Part shown: in pieces, positions 38,465 to 48,422 of the stretch
Position numbering within the stretch: the first letter of the stretch is position 1
Layout of the letters: the number at the start of each line of letters is the position of its first letter
Assembly: GCA_021787205.1 (NCBI GenBank)
Contig: JAJYME010000006.1
Coordinates: 15,644 to 79,643, forward strand
DNA: 64,000 nucleotides
Direction: 5' to 3'
DNA from: a bacterium
Lineage (GTDB): Bacteria > Patescibacteriota > Minisyncoccia > UBA6257 > Colwellbacteraceae
Notes under the pieces: generated by a model
Databases searched by the model: none
Seen by the model: only the letters and a program-made list of their open reading frames with translations
What the model was told of the DNA's origin: nothing
Translations under genes and position numbers: made by a program

Positions 38465-39289
38465 TTATTTTCTTAACGAGTAGGTTCCGCGACCGGTCAG
38501 AACGAAGCGATCATCTTTGATGAGTTCGTTGTGGACGGTGGGAGCATGCGATCCGATCGCTTTTGCGATGTCGGAGAAATGCATGGGGACGCCGACTTTT
38601 TTAAGCAGAAGATAAGCCTTGGCGCGAACGGTTTTGGGATTGATCTCTTCCCATTCCGTAAGGCCGATATCGCCATAAGGTCCGACTCCGATCTTTTTGG
38701 AGACGGAAAGGTATGAAACGGCGACGTGCTCGTTGATCGAATGCTTCTTGATGATTTCCTTTAAGATTTCATTAAACTCCTCAGAATTCGTGATTCTGGA
38801 AATTATGTCATCGTGGAGCCTGCCCATTTTTTCTTTCGCCTCGTCAGAGTCATACCAGAAGTTGTGGTAGATCTCGTTGTTTTCCGAAAGAATCGGATAT
38901 TTGATGAGTTTTAAGACAAAATGGATGCGGTTTCCGAAAGTTGAAAGATTATCTTCCGATTTCATTAAGTTATAAAAATCGGAAATAAGATAGTTATCAA
39001 GCCTTACTCCACCGACATTTTCGATGTATCTCTTGAGAAATTCGTGAATTACATTGATTTCTTCGATTGAAAAGATGTCATCCCTAATCTCAGTCATTGC
39101 CTGACTTTCAATTTGACGGACGCGCTCTCTCGTTATTTTAAAACGATTGCCAAGTTCCTGAAGAGTGGTCTGCCTGAATGAATCAACCCCGAAACGGCCT
39201 CTGATGATAGCCTGGGTGCGTTCATCCAAATTAGACCTCTCAATGAGATGATCAATGGTTTTGTTAATTTTTATCTGATCAAGGGTCAT
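38465..39289 (-). CDS. Protein with an N-terminal sigma-70 region-4-like HTH and an uncharacterised C-terminal domain
   Basis: AIIRGRFGVDSFRQTTLQELGNRFKITRERVRQIESQAMTEIR matches the sigma70 r4.2 consensus. A second HTH-like segment occurs near the C-terminus. 274 aa. Confidence 0.5.
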   Translation of the reverse strand: MTLDQIKINKTIDHLIERSNLDERTQAIIRGRFGVDSFRQTTLQELGNRFKITRERVRQIESQAMTEIRDDIFSIEEINVIHEFLKRYIENVGGVRLDNYLISDFYNLMKSEDNLSTFGNRIHFVLKLIKYPILSENNEIYHNFWYDSDEAKEKMGRLHDDIISRITNSEEFNEILKEIIKKHSINEHVAVSYLSVSKKIGVGPYGDIGLTEWEEINPKTVRAKAYLLLKKVGVPMHFSDIAKAIGSHAPTVHNELIKDDRFVLTGRGTYSLRK

Positions 39290-39301
39290 TTTTGAGGTAG
39301 T

Positions 39302-40210
39302 TTACAATTTTTTTCTTTTTATGTCAAGCTGGTAGGCTGCGACAAGGAGCGGGCTTGCCAGGAAGATCGAGGAATAAGTCCCGAAAAACATCCCTACAAG
39401 CATCACTATAGCGAAATAATGGACTGAAATCGGCCCAAAAACGGCTATTGCCAAGAGCGCTAACATAATTGAAAGACTGGTATTCAAGGAACGCATCACG
39501 ACCTCATTAAGGCTTCTATTGACGATTCCAGGCATATCTACCCCCTTTTCCCTATGACCGGCAAGGTTCTCCCTGATCCTGTCGAAGACAACGATCGTGT
39601 CTTGAGCTGAGAATCCGGCGATGGTCAGCAAGGCGACGATGAAATTGGTATCTATTGTCATTCCGCTGAAACGGCCAAGGACGGCGGCGGCGCCGGCAGC
39701 AATGACGACATCATGCGCCAAGGCCACAATAGTGATTATTCCGTATTTCCAGGATGGAACCGGGTAAGAGACTGCTTTGAAAGTAATGGTGATATAAATC
39801 GCCATGACTGCGAGGACAGCCACTATCAACATCATCGACTTGTTTTTGAGCTCATTCGAAATGGAGGGAGTGGTAAGCCCGAAGTCGAGCTCTTTGAAAT
39901 TGCCAAACTTTGCTTTCAAAGAATCGGCGTATTGAGCTTTTTGCTCATCGGTCATCATCGGCATCACGATAGAATAAGAGTTGCTGGCAGAATCATAAGA
40001 GACAATCGGATCTTCGATTTTCAAGTCGTTCTTCAGATAAGCGCTAAGATCCCTTTCCGAAGCCGGAACTTCGATCTGCCATGATGAACCGCTCTTAAAA
40101 TCGATTCCGGGCTTAAGGCCGAAGATGGCGAGGGCGGCGATAGAGACGCTTACAAAGATAACGGATAAAAGGATAAATATGGTTTTATGTTTGATAAACT
40201 GAAATTTCAT
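39302..40210 (-). CDS. secF: Protein-export membrane protein SecF
   Basis: 302 aa with 6 TM segments and the SecF topology. Adjacent to secD. Confidence 0.85.
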   Translation of the reverse strand: MKFQFIKHKTIFILLSVIFVSVSIAALAIFGLKPGIDFKSGSSWQIEVPASERDLSAYLKNDLKIEDPIVSYDSASNSYSIVMPMMTDEQKAQYADSLKAKFGNFKELDFGLTTPSISNELKNKSMMLIVAVLAVMAIYITITFKAVSYPVPSWKYGIITIVALAHDVVIAAGAAAVLGRFSGMTIDTNFIVALLTIAGFSAQDTIVVFDRIRENLAGHREKGVDMPGIVNRSLNEVVMRSLNTSLSIMLALLAIAVFGPISVHYFAIVMLVGMFFGTYSSIFLASPLLVAAYQLDIKRKKL

Positions 40211-40221
40211 GGTTTTTATTC

Positions 40222-41526
40222 TTATTTTGAAGCGACTCTTGTTTTCCTTCTATAAATCGTTCGCAGAATATTCCTGGTGACGGTATAGGTCAGGATTAAG
40301 TTGATGGCCATGCCGACGAGCAAGGTGAGGGCAAATCCCTTCACGAAGCTTGAGGAGAAGAAATAAAGCATCAAGGCGATAATCATCGTGCTGACGTTTG
40401 AATCTCTTATCGAAACCCAAGCGTGTCTGAAGCCGTTCTCGATGGCGGCATATCTTGAGGCCCCTTTCTTTTCTTCTTCCTTAGCTCTTTCAAAAATCAG
40501 GATGCTAGCATCAACCGCCGAGCCGATAGAAAGGATGAATCCGGTGATTCCGGCCAATGACATGGTGAATCCCGGTGTGATCTTGAATATGGCAAGGGTG
40601 GTTATTATGTAAAATATCAAGGCTAAAGCGGAAGCGATTCCTGAGACGCCGTACATGATGACCATGAAGACGATGATAAGAATCGTGCCGACGCATCCAG
40701 CGATCATTATTTTAAGCAAAGAATCGGACGCTGCTGTGGCATTGACGGTTCTGCGGGATTCGAGTGAAATCGGGGCGCCAAGGGCTCCGGCGTTGAATCT
40801 CTCCGCCAGCTGTTTGGCTGACTCGATCGTTATTCCCTGTCCCGAGATTTGGGCTTTTCCGCCAGCAATTTTCTCATTGACGATGGGAGCGCTGATTATA
40901 TTGTCATCCAAAAAGATCGCCAGCGGCTTTCCGACATTTCTTTCGGTAAGCTTTTCAAAAATCTTTGCCCCCTCTTCATTGAACTCGATATTGACTTGAG
41001 GTGATGAGAATCCTTGGTTGGCATAACCCCAGGTGGCTGATTTTACATATCTTCCGGTGAGCTCGGTCGGAGCGCAAGCCAGGAGATCTCCCTGATTAGT
41101 CTTTAATGTCTGACAGTTTTCACGGAACTCAAGCGTGGGCGTGTCTCCGATTTCTTTTACTGCTTTCTCGACATCTTTGATTCCGGCCAACTCAACCAGG
41201 ATCTGTCTTTGGTTTCCCTTCTCAATTATGCGGACTCTCGGTTCGGAAACTCCGTAAAGATTAACACGTTTTTCAATGACATCTTTCAAACCGTTAGTCA
41301 CCGCTGCATAATCCTGCGGCTTTACGTTTGAGAGATCGACGTTATAAACCAGTGACGATCCTCCGACTAGATCCAAACCAAGTTTCCAATTGGAATACCG
41401 GTTGAAAAATAAATCTGGAGACTTTTGATTGCCGTAAAGGATTTCTCCCGGTTTTGGCAAAACGAACGTCGCGCCTAAAAGGAATACTAGCAAGGCGGTG
41501 ATTAGAAATAACGCTTTGTGTTTCAT
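40222..41526 (-). CDS. secD: Protein-export membrane protein SecD
   Basis: 434 aa with a periplasmic domain followed by a C-terminal 6-TM bundle. Confidence 0.85.
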   Translation of the reverse strand: MKHKALFLITALLVFLLGATFVLPKPGEILYGNQKSPDLFFNRYSNWKLGLDLVGGSSLVYNVDLSNVKPQDYAAVTNGLKDVIEKRVNLYGVSEPRVRIIEKGNQRQILVELAGIKDVEKAVKEIGDTPTLEFRENCQTLKTNQGDLLACAPTELTGRYVKSATWGYANQGFSSPQVNIEFNEEGAKIFEKLTERNVGKPLAIFLDDNIISAPIVNEKIAGGKAQISGQGITIESAKQLAERFNAGALGAPISLESRRTVNATAASDSLLKIMIAGCVGTILIIVFMVIMYGVSGIASALALIFYIITTLAIFKITPGFTMSLAGITGFILSIGSAVDASILIFERAKEEEKKGASRYAAIENGFRHAWVSIRDSNVSTMIIALMLYFFSSSFVKGFALTLLVGMAINLILTYTVTRNILRTIYRRKTRVASK

Positions 41527-41630
41527 TGTTGTATTTGACTTTAACTGTACTAATATTGCAATTATTTTGAGGTTTTAGCAAGCCCCGAAAATCGCCGTAT
41601 TTATTGTCAGAATTGACGAAAAAAAGAGCC

Positions 41631-41664
41631 AAAAAATAAAAACATCACAATGAGATGTGATGTT
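41631..41664 (-). terminator. Intrinsic terminator downstream of tRNA-Lys
   Basis: 9-bp perfect stem AACATCACA/TGTGATGTT followed, on the minus strand, by TTTTTATTTTTT. Confidence 0.55.
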
Positions 41665-41674
41665 TGTTGTCTTG

Positions 41675-41746
41675 TCCGCTCGGGAGGGCTCGAACCTCCA
41701 ACTTACTGCTTAAAAGGCAGCTACTCTACCATTGAGTTACGAGCGG
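41675..41746 (-). tRNA. tRNA-Lys (anticodon UUU)
   Basis: Minus-strand CCGCTCG-TA-ACTC-AATGGTA-GAGT-A-GCTGC-CTTTTAA-GCAGT-…GGAGG-TTCGAGC-CCTCC-CGAGCGG-A. Confidence 0.85.
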
Positions 41747-41806
41747 ATAAGAGCCGGCGCTTTTAAGGGCGCGGCGCTTACACAATATTGTCCCTATATA
41801 ATACTA

Positions 41807-42868
41807 CTATATTTCGCTTCTTTCAAGTAATTCCTTCAATTGCTTATCCGGTTTCTTGGGAGATTTGATATCAAAAAGGATGAACAAGTCTGCCGAAGGC
41901 ACAACCCCCTCGCCCTTGACCTTCACCTCTTTTCTCAGGCTGTCTCCTGGCTCTACGGCCACCGAAACGGTTTTCCCTGAGATAGTCTTGATGTCTATCT
42001 TGTTGCCAAGAACGAAGTCCTTGAGAGAGATCTCCTTGCTCATCACGAGATCGTCTCCCCTTCGCGTAAATACCTTGTGAGGGGCCATCTTGATCCTGAT
42101 ATAAAGATCACCGGGTCTGCCACCGTGTCTCGCTGCCTCCCCCTCTCCGGCAAACCTGATGACATTGCCGTCATTGACGCCCTTCGGAAGCTTTATCTCG
42201 ACCGTCTTCTCGCTCATGATCCTTCCCTCTCCGGAACACTTCTTGCAATTCTCATTCGGTATCTCGCCTCTGCCATTGCAGGTCTTGCAGGTAACAACCG
42301 TTTGGAAGGCTCCCAATATGGTTCTTTTGACCTCTTTTACCCTTCCGTCACCATTGCAGACAGCGCACTTTTTCACTCCCTTCTCCTTGTTGTAGCCACT
42401 GCCGGAACACTCCGGACACTTTACCTTGGTCCTGAAACTTATCGGAATCTTCCTCTCTTCCCTCACATCCTCAAGCTGGACAGTGACAGAAACCTCGACG
42501 TCATTTCCTCTTTCTTCTCTCGGCGCTCCGCCGGCCGCTGAAAAAACCGTTTCAAATATATCGCCCAAGTCACCGAATCCCCCTTGGAATCCTCCTTGGA
42601 ATCCGCCGAAGTTGGAAAAATCAAAAGACGAAGGATCGAATCCTCCGAATCCGCCCGCATTTCCGTCCGCTGTTCCGAAACGGTCATACTGGGCTCGCTT
42701 TTGCTTATCTGACAAGACCTGGTAAGCCTCGTTTATCTCCTTGAATTTTTCGGCATTTCCAGTTGGCTTGTCGGGATGATACTCATGGGCTTTCTTTCTA
42801 TAAGCCTTCTTTATTTCATCATCCGACGCCCCTTTTTCAACGCCTAAGACCGAATAGTAATCTTTCAT
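41807..42868 (-). CDS. dnaJ: Chaperone DnaJ
   Basis: J-domain with HPD (YHPDK), a G/F region, and four CxxCxGxG zinc-finger repeats. Confidence 0.95.
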   Translation of the reverse strand: MKDYYSVLGVEKGASDDEIKKAYRKKAHEYHPDKPTGNAEKFKEINEAYQVLSDKQKRAQYDRFGTADGNAGGFGGFDPSSFDFSNFGGFQGGFQGGFGDLGDIFETVFSAAGGAPREERGNDVEVSVTVQLEDVREERKIPISFRTKVKCPECSGSGYNKEKGVKKCAVCNGDGRVKEVKRTILGAFQTVVTCKTCNGRGEIPNENCKKCSGEGRIMSEKTVEIKLPKGVNDGNVIRFAGEGEAARHGGRPGDLYIRIKMAPHKVFTRRGDDLVMSKEISLKDFVLGNKIDIKTISGKTVSVAVEPGDSLRKEVKVKGEGVVPSADLFILFDIKSPKKPDKQLKELLERSEI

Positions 42869-42943
42869 CAGCTAATTAATAATTTCAATAAAGAAATCTT
42901 ATTTGCAAACTAGGCAAAAATCAACCCTATGATTCTTTCCGTC

Positions 42944-43831
42944 TTAAAGATTAATCACCTCCTTATCTCTGGGCTCATAAGTCCTTTTGACAAACTTGGA
43001 TATGACAAGCAATTCGAAAATAGCCGTACCCAGCACCGTTACCGCAAAAGCGATCAAGGGACTGATGGTTGAGATGGTTAAGAATACCAGGACCGCCAAG
43101 CCGATTGAAATATAAGTAGGATCGATCTGCTTCAAAAATTCGGAGATCTTAGTCTTAGTCACATCTTCAATTTCAGAAACCACCGTCTTATCTCCCTCGA
43201 TCTTGACTCCATAACTCTCCTCGACTTGTTTGATTGACTTCATCACCGCTTTTTCCAAAGTGTCGTTCTTGATCTTTTCGGAAAGATTGTCGAATCCGGT
43301 TATCGTCTTTCTCGCTGTCTCCAAGGCGGCATTCTCAAAAAAATCCCCAACCTTCGTTTGGGCGGTAAAAGACGGATAGTAAAACCTAAGCACGCTAACG
43401 GATGTCTTGCCGGCCGTCTGGGACAGATAGTCGGCAATCCTCCCCGCTGGATTTGATCCAAACCCGTAAAACAAGGCTAAGAAAAGGGCCAAGCCGGTCA
43501 CTGATTTTCCAACTACCGACTTTGCCACATCGTTAAAGTTTATCTTGATCGTATTCTCAGCTGAGTTGTTTCCCGCCATCTGGCCAAGAAAAAAGAAAAT
43601 TGAGGAAACGATAAAAGTTCCGAACATGACGGAATACCCAAGGCCCTGGTCAACATAATAGGCCACCCCGCAAAGCGTTATCGAATACGCTACTGAAACC
43701 AGGAGCATCCTCGTCCATCCGAGGTCAAACATTGATTGGATGACAAGAAGCACCAAAAAGATCATCGAACCGATCAATGTCTGGAGATAATTCCCGCTGA
43801 CAAAAGAAAAAGCCGCAAAGCCCGCCATAAT
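42944..43831 (-). CDS. Polytopic membrane protein of unknown function located between dnaK and dnaJ
   Basis: At least 6 hydrophobic helices. Start placed at an internal Met to avoid a 110-nt overlap with dnaK. The ORF track extends it to 43969. Confidence 0.45.
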   Translation of the reverse strand: MMAGFAAFSFVSGNYLQTLIGSMIFLVLLVIQSMFDLGWTRMLLVSVAYSITLCGVAYYVDQGLGYSVMFGTFIVSSIFFFLGQMAGNNSAENTIKINFNDVAKSVVGKSVTGLALFLALFYGFGSNPAGRIADYLSQTAGKTSVSVLRFYYPSFTAQTKVGDFFENAALETARKTITGFDNLSEKIKNDTLEKAVMKSIKQVEESYGVKIEGDKTVVSEIEDVTKTKISEFLKQIDPTYISIGLAVLVFLTISTISPLIAFAVTVLGTAIFELLVISKFVKRTYEPRDKEVINL

Positions 43832-43859
43832 GGCGGTTGCGGCTATGAAAAACAGGCTC

Positions 43860-45752
43860 TTAATTAGAATTCGTAGATTCTGAACCACTATCCTCTCGGG
43901 TTTGTTCTCCTCTACCGGGCTCATTTGTATTTGCATTGGCGTTGTCTTTATTGTACATAATTTCGCCAATCTTTTGAAGCTCGGTCGACAATGCTTCGAA
44001 TTTCGATTCTATGTTTTTTTCGTCATCGCCCTTCAAGGCGTCACGAAGATCGGTAATCTTGTTTTCGATGGAAACCCTAAGCTCAGAAGACACTTTTTCT
44101 CCGGCGTCCTTAAGGGACTTCTCGGCGGTATAGATCAGGTTTTCTGCCATATTTCTCTTTTCTGCCAGATCTCTGATCTTCTTGTCGGCTTCGGCCGCTT
44201 CGGCCGCCTCCTTCTTCAAGCGCTCGATTTCATCCTTGGACAATGAGGTTTTGGCCTCGATCCTGACTGATTGTGACTTTCCGGTCGCCTTATCGGCGGC
44301 TTTGACGTTCAAAATTCCGTTGGCGTCAATGTCAAAAGTGACTTCGACTTGCGGGACTCCTCTCGGTGATGGCGGGATTCCCTCTAGGACGAACTTGGCC
44401 AAGGTTTTGTTATCGGCAGCTCTCGCTCTCTCTCCCTGGGTAATATGGATTTCAACTGACGTCTGGTTGTCCGAGGCGGTGGAGAATATTTGCGACTTCG
44501 CAAAAGGAATGGTCGTATTCTTCTCAATCATCGGAGTGGCGATCCCACCCATTGTTTCAATCGAAAGGGTCAAAGGAGTGACATCGAGCAACAAGACGTC
44601 TTTGACATCTCCTTGGAAGATTCCTCCCTGGACAGCTGCTCCTAAAGCGACAACTTCGTCAGGATTGATTCCCCTGTGGGGATCCTTTCCAAAAATGCTT
44701 TTGACGGATTCCTGGATGGCTGGCATCCTGGTCTGTCCTCCGACCAAAATGACTTCGTCGATATCCGAGATCTGAAGCCCGGCTTCCTTGACGGTCGCCT
44801 TAGTCAGCTCTCCGGCTCTTCCGATCAGATCCGCAACAAGCTCCTCGAGCTTGGAACGGGTAATTTTCATCTCCAAGTGTTTCGGACCTTCAGCGATATA
44901 AGGAAGATTGACGGTGGTCTCGACAGCGGACGAAAGTTCATGCTTGGCGCGCTCGACCGCTTCCTTCAAACGTTGTAAAGCGAGTGAATCCTTGGAAAGG
45001 TCGACTCCTTCGGTCCTTTTATATTCGGCAATGACGTATTCCTGGAGTTTTGTATCCAAGTCGTCTCCACCCAAATGGGTGTCGCCTCCGGTTGAAAGGA
45101 CTTTGACATCTCCTCCCAATGAATCGAAATCGACTTCCAAGACGGAAACGTCAAAAGTTCCTCCTCCAAAATCATAAACGACGATTTGTTCGTTCTTTTG
45201 CTTGTTCAATCCGTAAGCTAAAGCGGCAGCCGTCGGTTCGTTGATGATTCTTTTGACGGTCAATCCGGCGATTTCTCCGGCGTTCTTAGTCGCTTGTCTT
45301 TGGGCATCGTCAAAGTAGGCCGGGACGGTAATGACCGCTTCGGTGACTTTCTCGCCCAAGCGCATCTCGGCATCCGCCTTAAGCTTGGCCAAGACCATGG
45401 CGGAAATTTCTTCCGGAGCATGCCATTTGTCTCCTAACTTTATCTCGACACCGCCGTTTGCCGACTCTCTGATGTCATATGGCAACAAGGCTTTGTCCTT
45501 CTGGACTTCCGCGTCGGTCCATTTGCGTCCGATAAGACGCTTGACCGAAAACAGAGTATCCTTCGGGTTGGTGACCGCTTGGCGTTTAGCCAAAAGGCCG
45601 ACCAGTCTCTCATTTGTTTTTGAAAGCGCGACGATGGAAGGAGTTGTTCTCGCTCCCTCGGCGTTTTCAATAATAGCTGGTGATCCATCGGATCCGACAA
45701 CCGCCACGGCGGAATTAGTCGTTCCAAGATCGATTCCTATTACTTTTCCCAT
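43860..45752 (-). CDS. dnaK: Chaperone DnaK (Hsp70)
   Basis: [17 protein letters not shown] and [11 protein letters not shown] motifs. 630 aa. Confidence 0.97.
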   Translation of the reverse strand: MGKVIGIDLGTTNSAVAVVGSDGSPAIIENAEGARTTPSIVALSKTNERLVGLLAKRQAVTNPKDTLFSVKRLIGRKWTDAEVQKDKALLPYDIRESANGGVEIKLGDKWHAPEEISAMVLAKLKADAEMRLGEKVTEAVITVPAYFDDAQRQATKNAGEIAGLTVKRIINEPTAAALAYGLNKQKNEQIVVYDFGGGTFDVSVLEVDFDSLGGDVKVLSTGGDTHLGGDDLDTKLQEYVIAEYKRTEGVDLSKDSLALQRLKEAVERAKHELSSAVETTVNLPYIAEGPKHLEMKITRSKLEELVADLIGRAGELTKATVKEAGLQISDIDEVILVGGQTRMPAIQESVKSIFGKDPHRGINPDEVVALGAAVQGGIFQGDVKDVLLLDVTPLTLSIETMGGIATPMIEKNTTIPFAKSQIFSTASDNQTSVEIHITQGERARAADNKTLAKFVLEGIPPSPRGVPQVEVTFDIDANGILNVKAADKATGKSQSVRIEAKTSLSKDEIERLKKEAAEAAEADKKIRDLAEKRNMAENLIYTAEKSLKDAGEKVSSELRVSIENKITDLRDALKGDDEKNIESKFEALSTELQKIGEIMYNKDNANANTNEPGRGEQTREDSGSESTNSN

Positions 45753-45810
45753 AGTTACATATAATAATGAATTTATTTACAAAATTAAAGAGCTTGAAAA
45801 TAAACAAAAT

Positions 45811-45930
45811 AAGCATCACTCTCGCAGCGTTGTCTGCAATATTTTGGCACGGTCGGCATAAAATGCCGCAAAATACGAAGCCATTCAAGCAAATCGCTGG
45901 ATTTGCTTGATCAGCGAGAGAGTGATGCTT
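45811..45930. ncRNA. Copy B of the structured intergenic element (between grpE and dnaK)
   Basis: Terminal arms AAGCATCACTCTCGC and GCGAGAGAGTGATGCTT. Hairpin CGGCAT-AAA-ATGCCG. Hairpin CAAGCAAATC-GCTG-GATTTGCTTG. Confidence 0.5.
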
Positions 45931-45944
45931 ATTTTTGTATATTT

Positions 45945-46466
45945 CTAATTTTCTTTTCCTTTGGAAACGACGACTCTTGCGGGACGAATTAACTTTCCGT
46001 CAAGCATATAACCGCGCTCGATTTCATCAACGACGGTATTCTCCGGCAAATCAGAGGGGACGGAAGCGATCGCTTCATGCAATTCAGGATTGAACTGGTC
46101 TCCTTTTGTCGAATTGATTTTTTCCAAGCCCTTTTTCTTAAGAGCGTCCTCAAGCTGGGTCTTGATCATCTGGACCCCCTTCAACAATTCAGGATCGGCG
46201 TTCTTCGATAAGGAAATCAGCGACAAATCGAAACTGTCGAGGACGGGTATCAATCCGCCGATGAAATCATAGGCATTCATGCGAGAGAAATCCCTCAGCC
46301 TGTTTGATTCCTCGTTCTTGTAATTGATGAACTCCGCCTTTGCCCTCTTCCATCCGTCGAGGTACTCATCCTTCTCTTTCATCAAAGCTTCAAGCTCTGT
46401 TTTCTTTATCGAGACCACCTCTTCATTATTTTGTTCCGATGTGGTTTCTTTGTTCTCTTCCTCCAT
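45945..46466 (-). CDS. grpE: Nucleotide exchange factor GrpE
   Basis: 173 aa with a coiled-coil N-terminus and a GrpE C-terminal beta domain (…MLDGKLIRPARVVVSKG). Confidence 0.85.
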   Translation of the reverse strand: MEEENKETTSEQNNEEVVSIKKTELEALMKEKDEYLDGWKRAKAEFINYKNEESNRLRDFSRMNAYDFIGGLIPVLDSFDLSLISLSKNADPELLKGVQMIKTQLEDALKKKGLEKINSTKGDQFNPELHEAIASVPSDLPENTVVDEIERGYMLDGKLIRPARVVVSKGKEN

Positions 46467-46549
46467 AGTTTTTATTGTTTGGTTTTAATACGCCTATTCT
46501 AACCAATAAAAAAAGAAAAGTCATCCCTTTTTCGGGATGACTGGTTCGG

Positions 46550-46891
46550 CTAGGCGCCGCAGGAAAGATCTTCCAAACTGATCCTTCTCCTTGCATTCTC
46601 TTTCTTTCTGTTCATGACGGTGGCTTTGATTTCCTCCTTCGCCAGCTCGGCTTCCAGTCTCTCCTTAACACCAGGCGCTTGCGATTGTGGCAGCGTCAGC
46701 TGGTGTCTGAGATCCGCAATCCTCTGTTCTATCTTGCCGGCGGCCCTGAGCAGCCTTGCATAATACATGGCGCTATAAAAGGCGTTATACCCTTCTCCTC
46801 CCTGAGTCGGGACTTTCTGCATGCGAACACCCCCATTCACAAAACCAATTGGATCTGCTTTCAAATTACAACTTTTCAGGTCTCTAGTCAA
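46550..46891 (-). CDS. Hypothetical small protein
   Basis: 113-aa ORF upstream of grpE followed by a terminator hairpin at 46520-46548. No motif found. It is not HrcA. Confidence 0.3.
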   Translation of the reverse strand: MTRDLKSCNLKADPIGFVNGGVRMQKVPTQGGEGYNAFYSAMYYARLLRAAGKIEQRIADLRHQLTLPQSQAPGVKERLEAELAKEEIKATVMNRKKENARRRISLEDLSCGA

Positions 46892-46926
46892 TTATTTCTC
46901 CACCGAAAATCCACATCTTCTTCACT

Positions 46927-46955
46927 TTGCCGCCAAGTCAAAACCTGGTTATAAT
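46927..46955 (+). promoter_or_regulatory. Putative sigma70-type promoter for cysS, giving an apparently leaderless transcript
   Basis: TTGCCG, a 17-nt spacer, then TATAAT. The ATG of cysS begins 7 nt after the -10. Confidence 0.5.
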
Positions 46956-46961
46956 CAACTT

Positions 46962-48422
46962 ATGCTAAAGATCCTAAATACCCTTTCGGGAGGAAAAGAA
47001 GAGTTTAAACCGATATCCGATAAAGTTGTTGGGATCTATTCCTGCGGACCGACAGTCTATGGCAGGGCCCATATCGGCAACATGCGCTCTTATGTTTTTG
47101 CCGATATTTTGCACAAAACGCTTGAATACCTCGGCTATAGGGTTGAGCACGTGATCAACATTACCGATGTCGGACATTTGGTCAGCGACGAAAACGAAGG
47201 CGAGGATAAGATGGAGAAAGGCGCCAGACTGGCGGGCAAATCGCCGTTTGATATCGCAAGGGAATACGAGAACCTCTTTTGGAACGATCTTCGCGAGCTT
47301 AATATCGAGAAGGATGAGTTTTGGAAGACTCCTAGGGCGACCGAACACATCAAAGAACAACTGGGGATGATCAAAACCCTGACCGAGAAGGGCTTCACCT
47401 ACGAAACCTCGGATGGGATTTATTTTGACACTTCCAAATTCAAGGATTACGGCAAGCTCTCGAAACAGAACCTGGAAGAAAAGTTGTCCGGCGCCAGAGT
47501 TGAGGCGAAGGGTGAAAAAAAGAACCCGACCGACTTCGCCCTTTGGAAGTTCTGCGTCGGGGAAAATTCCGACCATATCATGAGGTGGGACTTTGAGGCT
47601 AATGATTTGCACGAAGCGCCCCGTCTATCAGAAGAGGAAAATCGAGCGAAAAAGATCGGTTTTCCGGGATGGCATATCGAATGTTCGGCTATGAGCACCA
47701 AGTACCTGGGCGAAAGGTTTGATATCCACACTGGCGGCATCGACCACATCCCCGTCCATCATGAGAACGAAATCGCCCAATCCGAAGCCGTTTTTGGCCA
47801 CCCCTTCGTCAATTATTGGATGCATAACGAATTTGTCCTGGTCGATAATGGCAAGATGTCCAAGTCCTTGGGAAACGTTTACACTTTGGACGATCTTAAG
47901 GAAAAGTTTGACGTCTCGCCTCTCGCCTTCCGTTATCTCTGCCTTCTTACCCATTATCGCACTCCCCTGAACTTCACCAAGGAAGCAATCGAAGCCGCCG
48001 GAATCGGACTGTTCAATCTCAGACATCAAGTCCTCTTGTTGGCCAATGAGGATGGCGTTAATGACCTTCACCTGGAAGCTGTCAAAAAATACCAAAAAGA
48101 ATTTGCCGACAATATTGAGAATGATCTCAATACCGCCGAAGCTCTGGGAACCTTATACGGAGCCCTGGCTGACAATACCCTTTCCGCCAAAGAAAAACTG
48201 TCTCTTTGCGTCGAATTCGATAAGGTCCTCGATCTTGACCCGACCAACCTTATAAAATCTGCTGATGACCCCAAAGTCACGACCTTGATGCAGCAGAGAG
48301 AGGAATACCGAAAATCAAGGCAGTTTGACAAAGCGGATGAAATGAGGCTTGAGCTTGAAAAAATGGGCTATATAGTAGAAGATACAGCCAAAGGGACGAT
48401 AGTATATAAAAGAATGGAATAA
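46962..48422 (+). CDS. cysS: Cysteinyl-tRNA synthetase
   Basis: HIGN (HIGH) and KMSKS motifs with a Zn-binding Cys (CGPTVY). Start placed at MLKILNTL. Confidence 0.9.
   Translation: MLKILNTLSGGKEEFKPISDKVVGIYSCGPTVYGRAHIGNMRSYVFADILHKTLEYLGYRVEHVINITDVGHLVSDENEGEDKMEKGARLAGKSPFDIAREYENLFWNDLRELNIEKDEFWKTPRATEHIKEQLGMIKTLTEKGFTYETSDGIYFDTSKFKDYGKLSKQNLEEKLSGARVEAKGEKKNPTDFALWKFCVGENSDHIMRWDFEANDLHEAPRLSEEENRAKKIGFPGWHIECSAMSTKYLGERFDIHTGGIDHIPVHHENEIAQSEAVFGHPFVNYWMHNEFVLVDNGKMSKSLGNVYTLDDLKEKFDVSPLAFRYLCLLTHYRTPLNFTKEAIEAAGIGLFNLRHQVLLLANEDGVNDLHLEAVKKYQKEFADNIENDLNTAEALGTLYGALADNTLSAKEKLSLCVEFDKVLDLDPTNLIKSADDPKVTTLMQQREEYRKSRQFDKADEMRLELEKMGYIVEDTAKGTIVYKRME

Noticed and set aside
45811-45930. 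Possible CIRCE (HrcA operator) upstream of dnaK, because of the CACTC…GAGTG inverted repeat
   Set aside because: CIRCE is a 9-bp inverted repeat separated by 9 nt (TTAGCACTC-N9-GAGTGCTAA). Here the arms are about 90 nt apart and lack the TTAGCA core. The same element also occurs at two loci unrelated to chaperones.
46550-46891. HrcA upstream of grpE
   Set aside because: The ORF is only 113 aa and lacks the HrcA winged-helix N-terminus. It is a hypothetical small protein.
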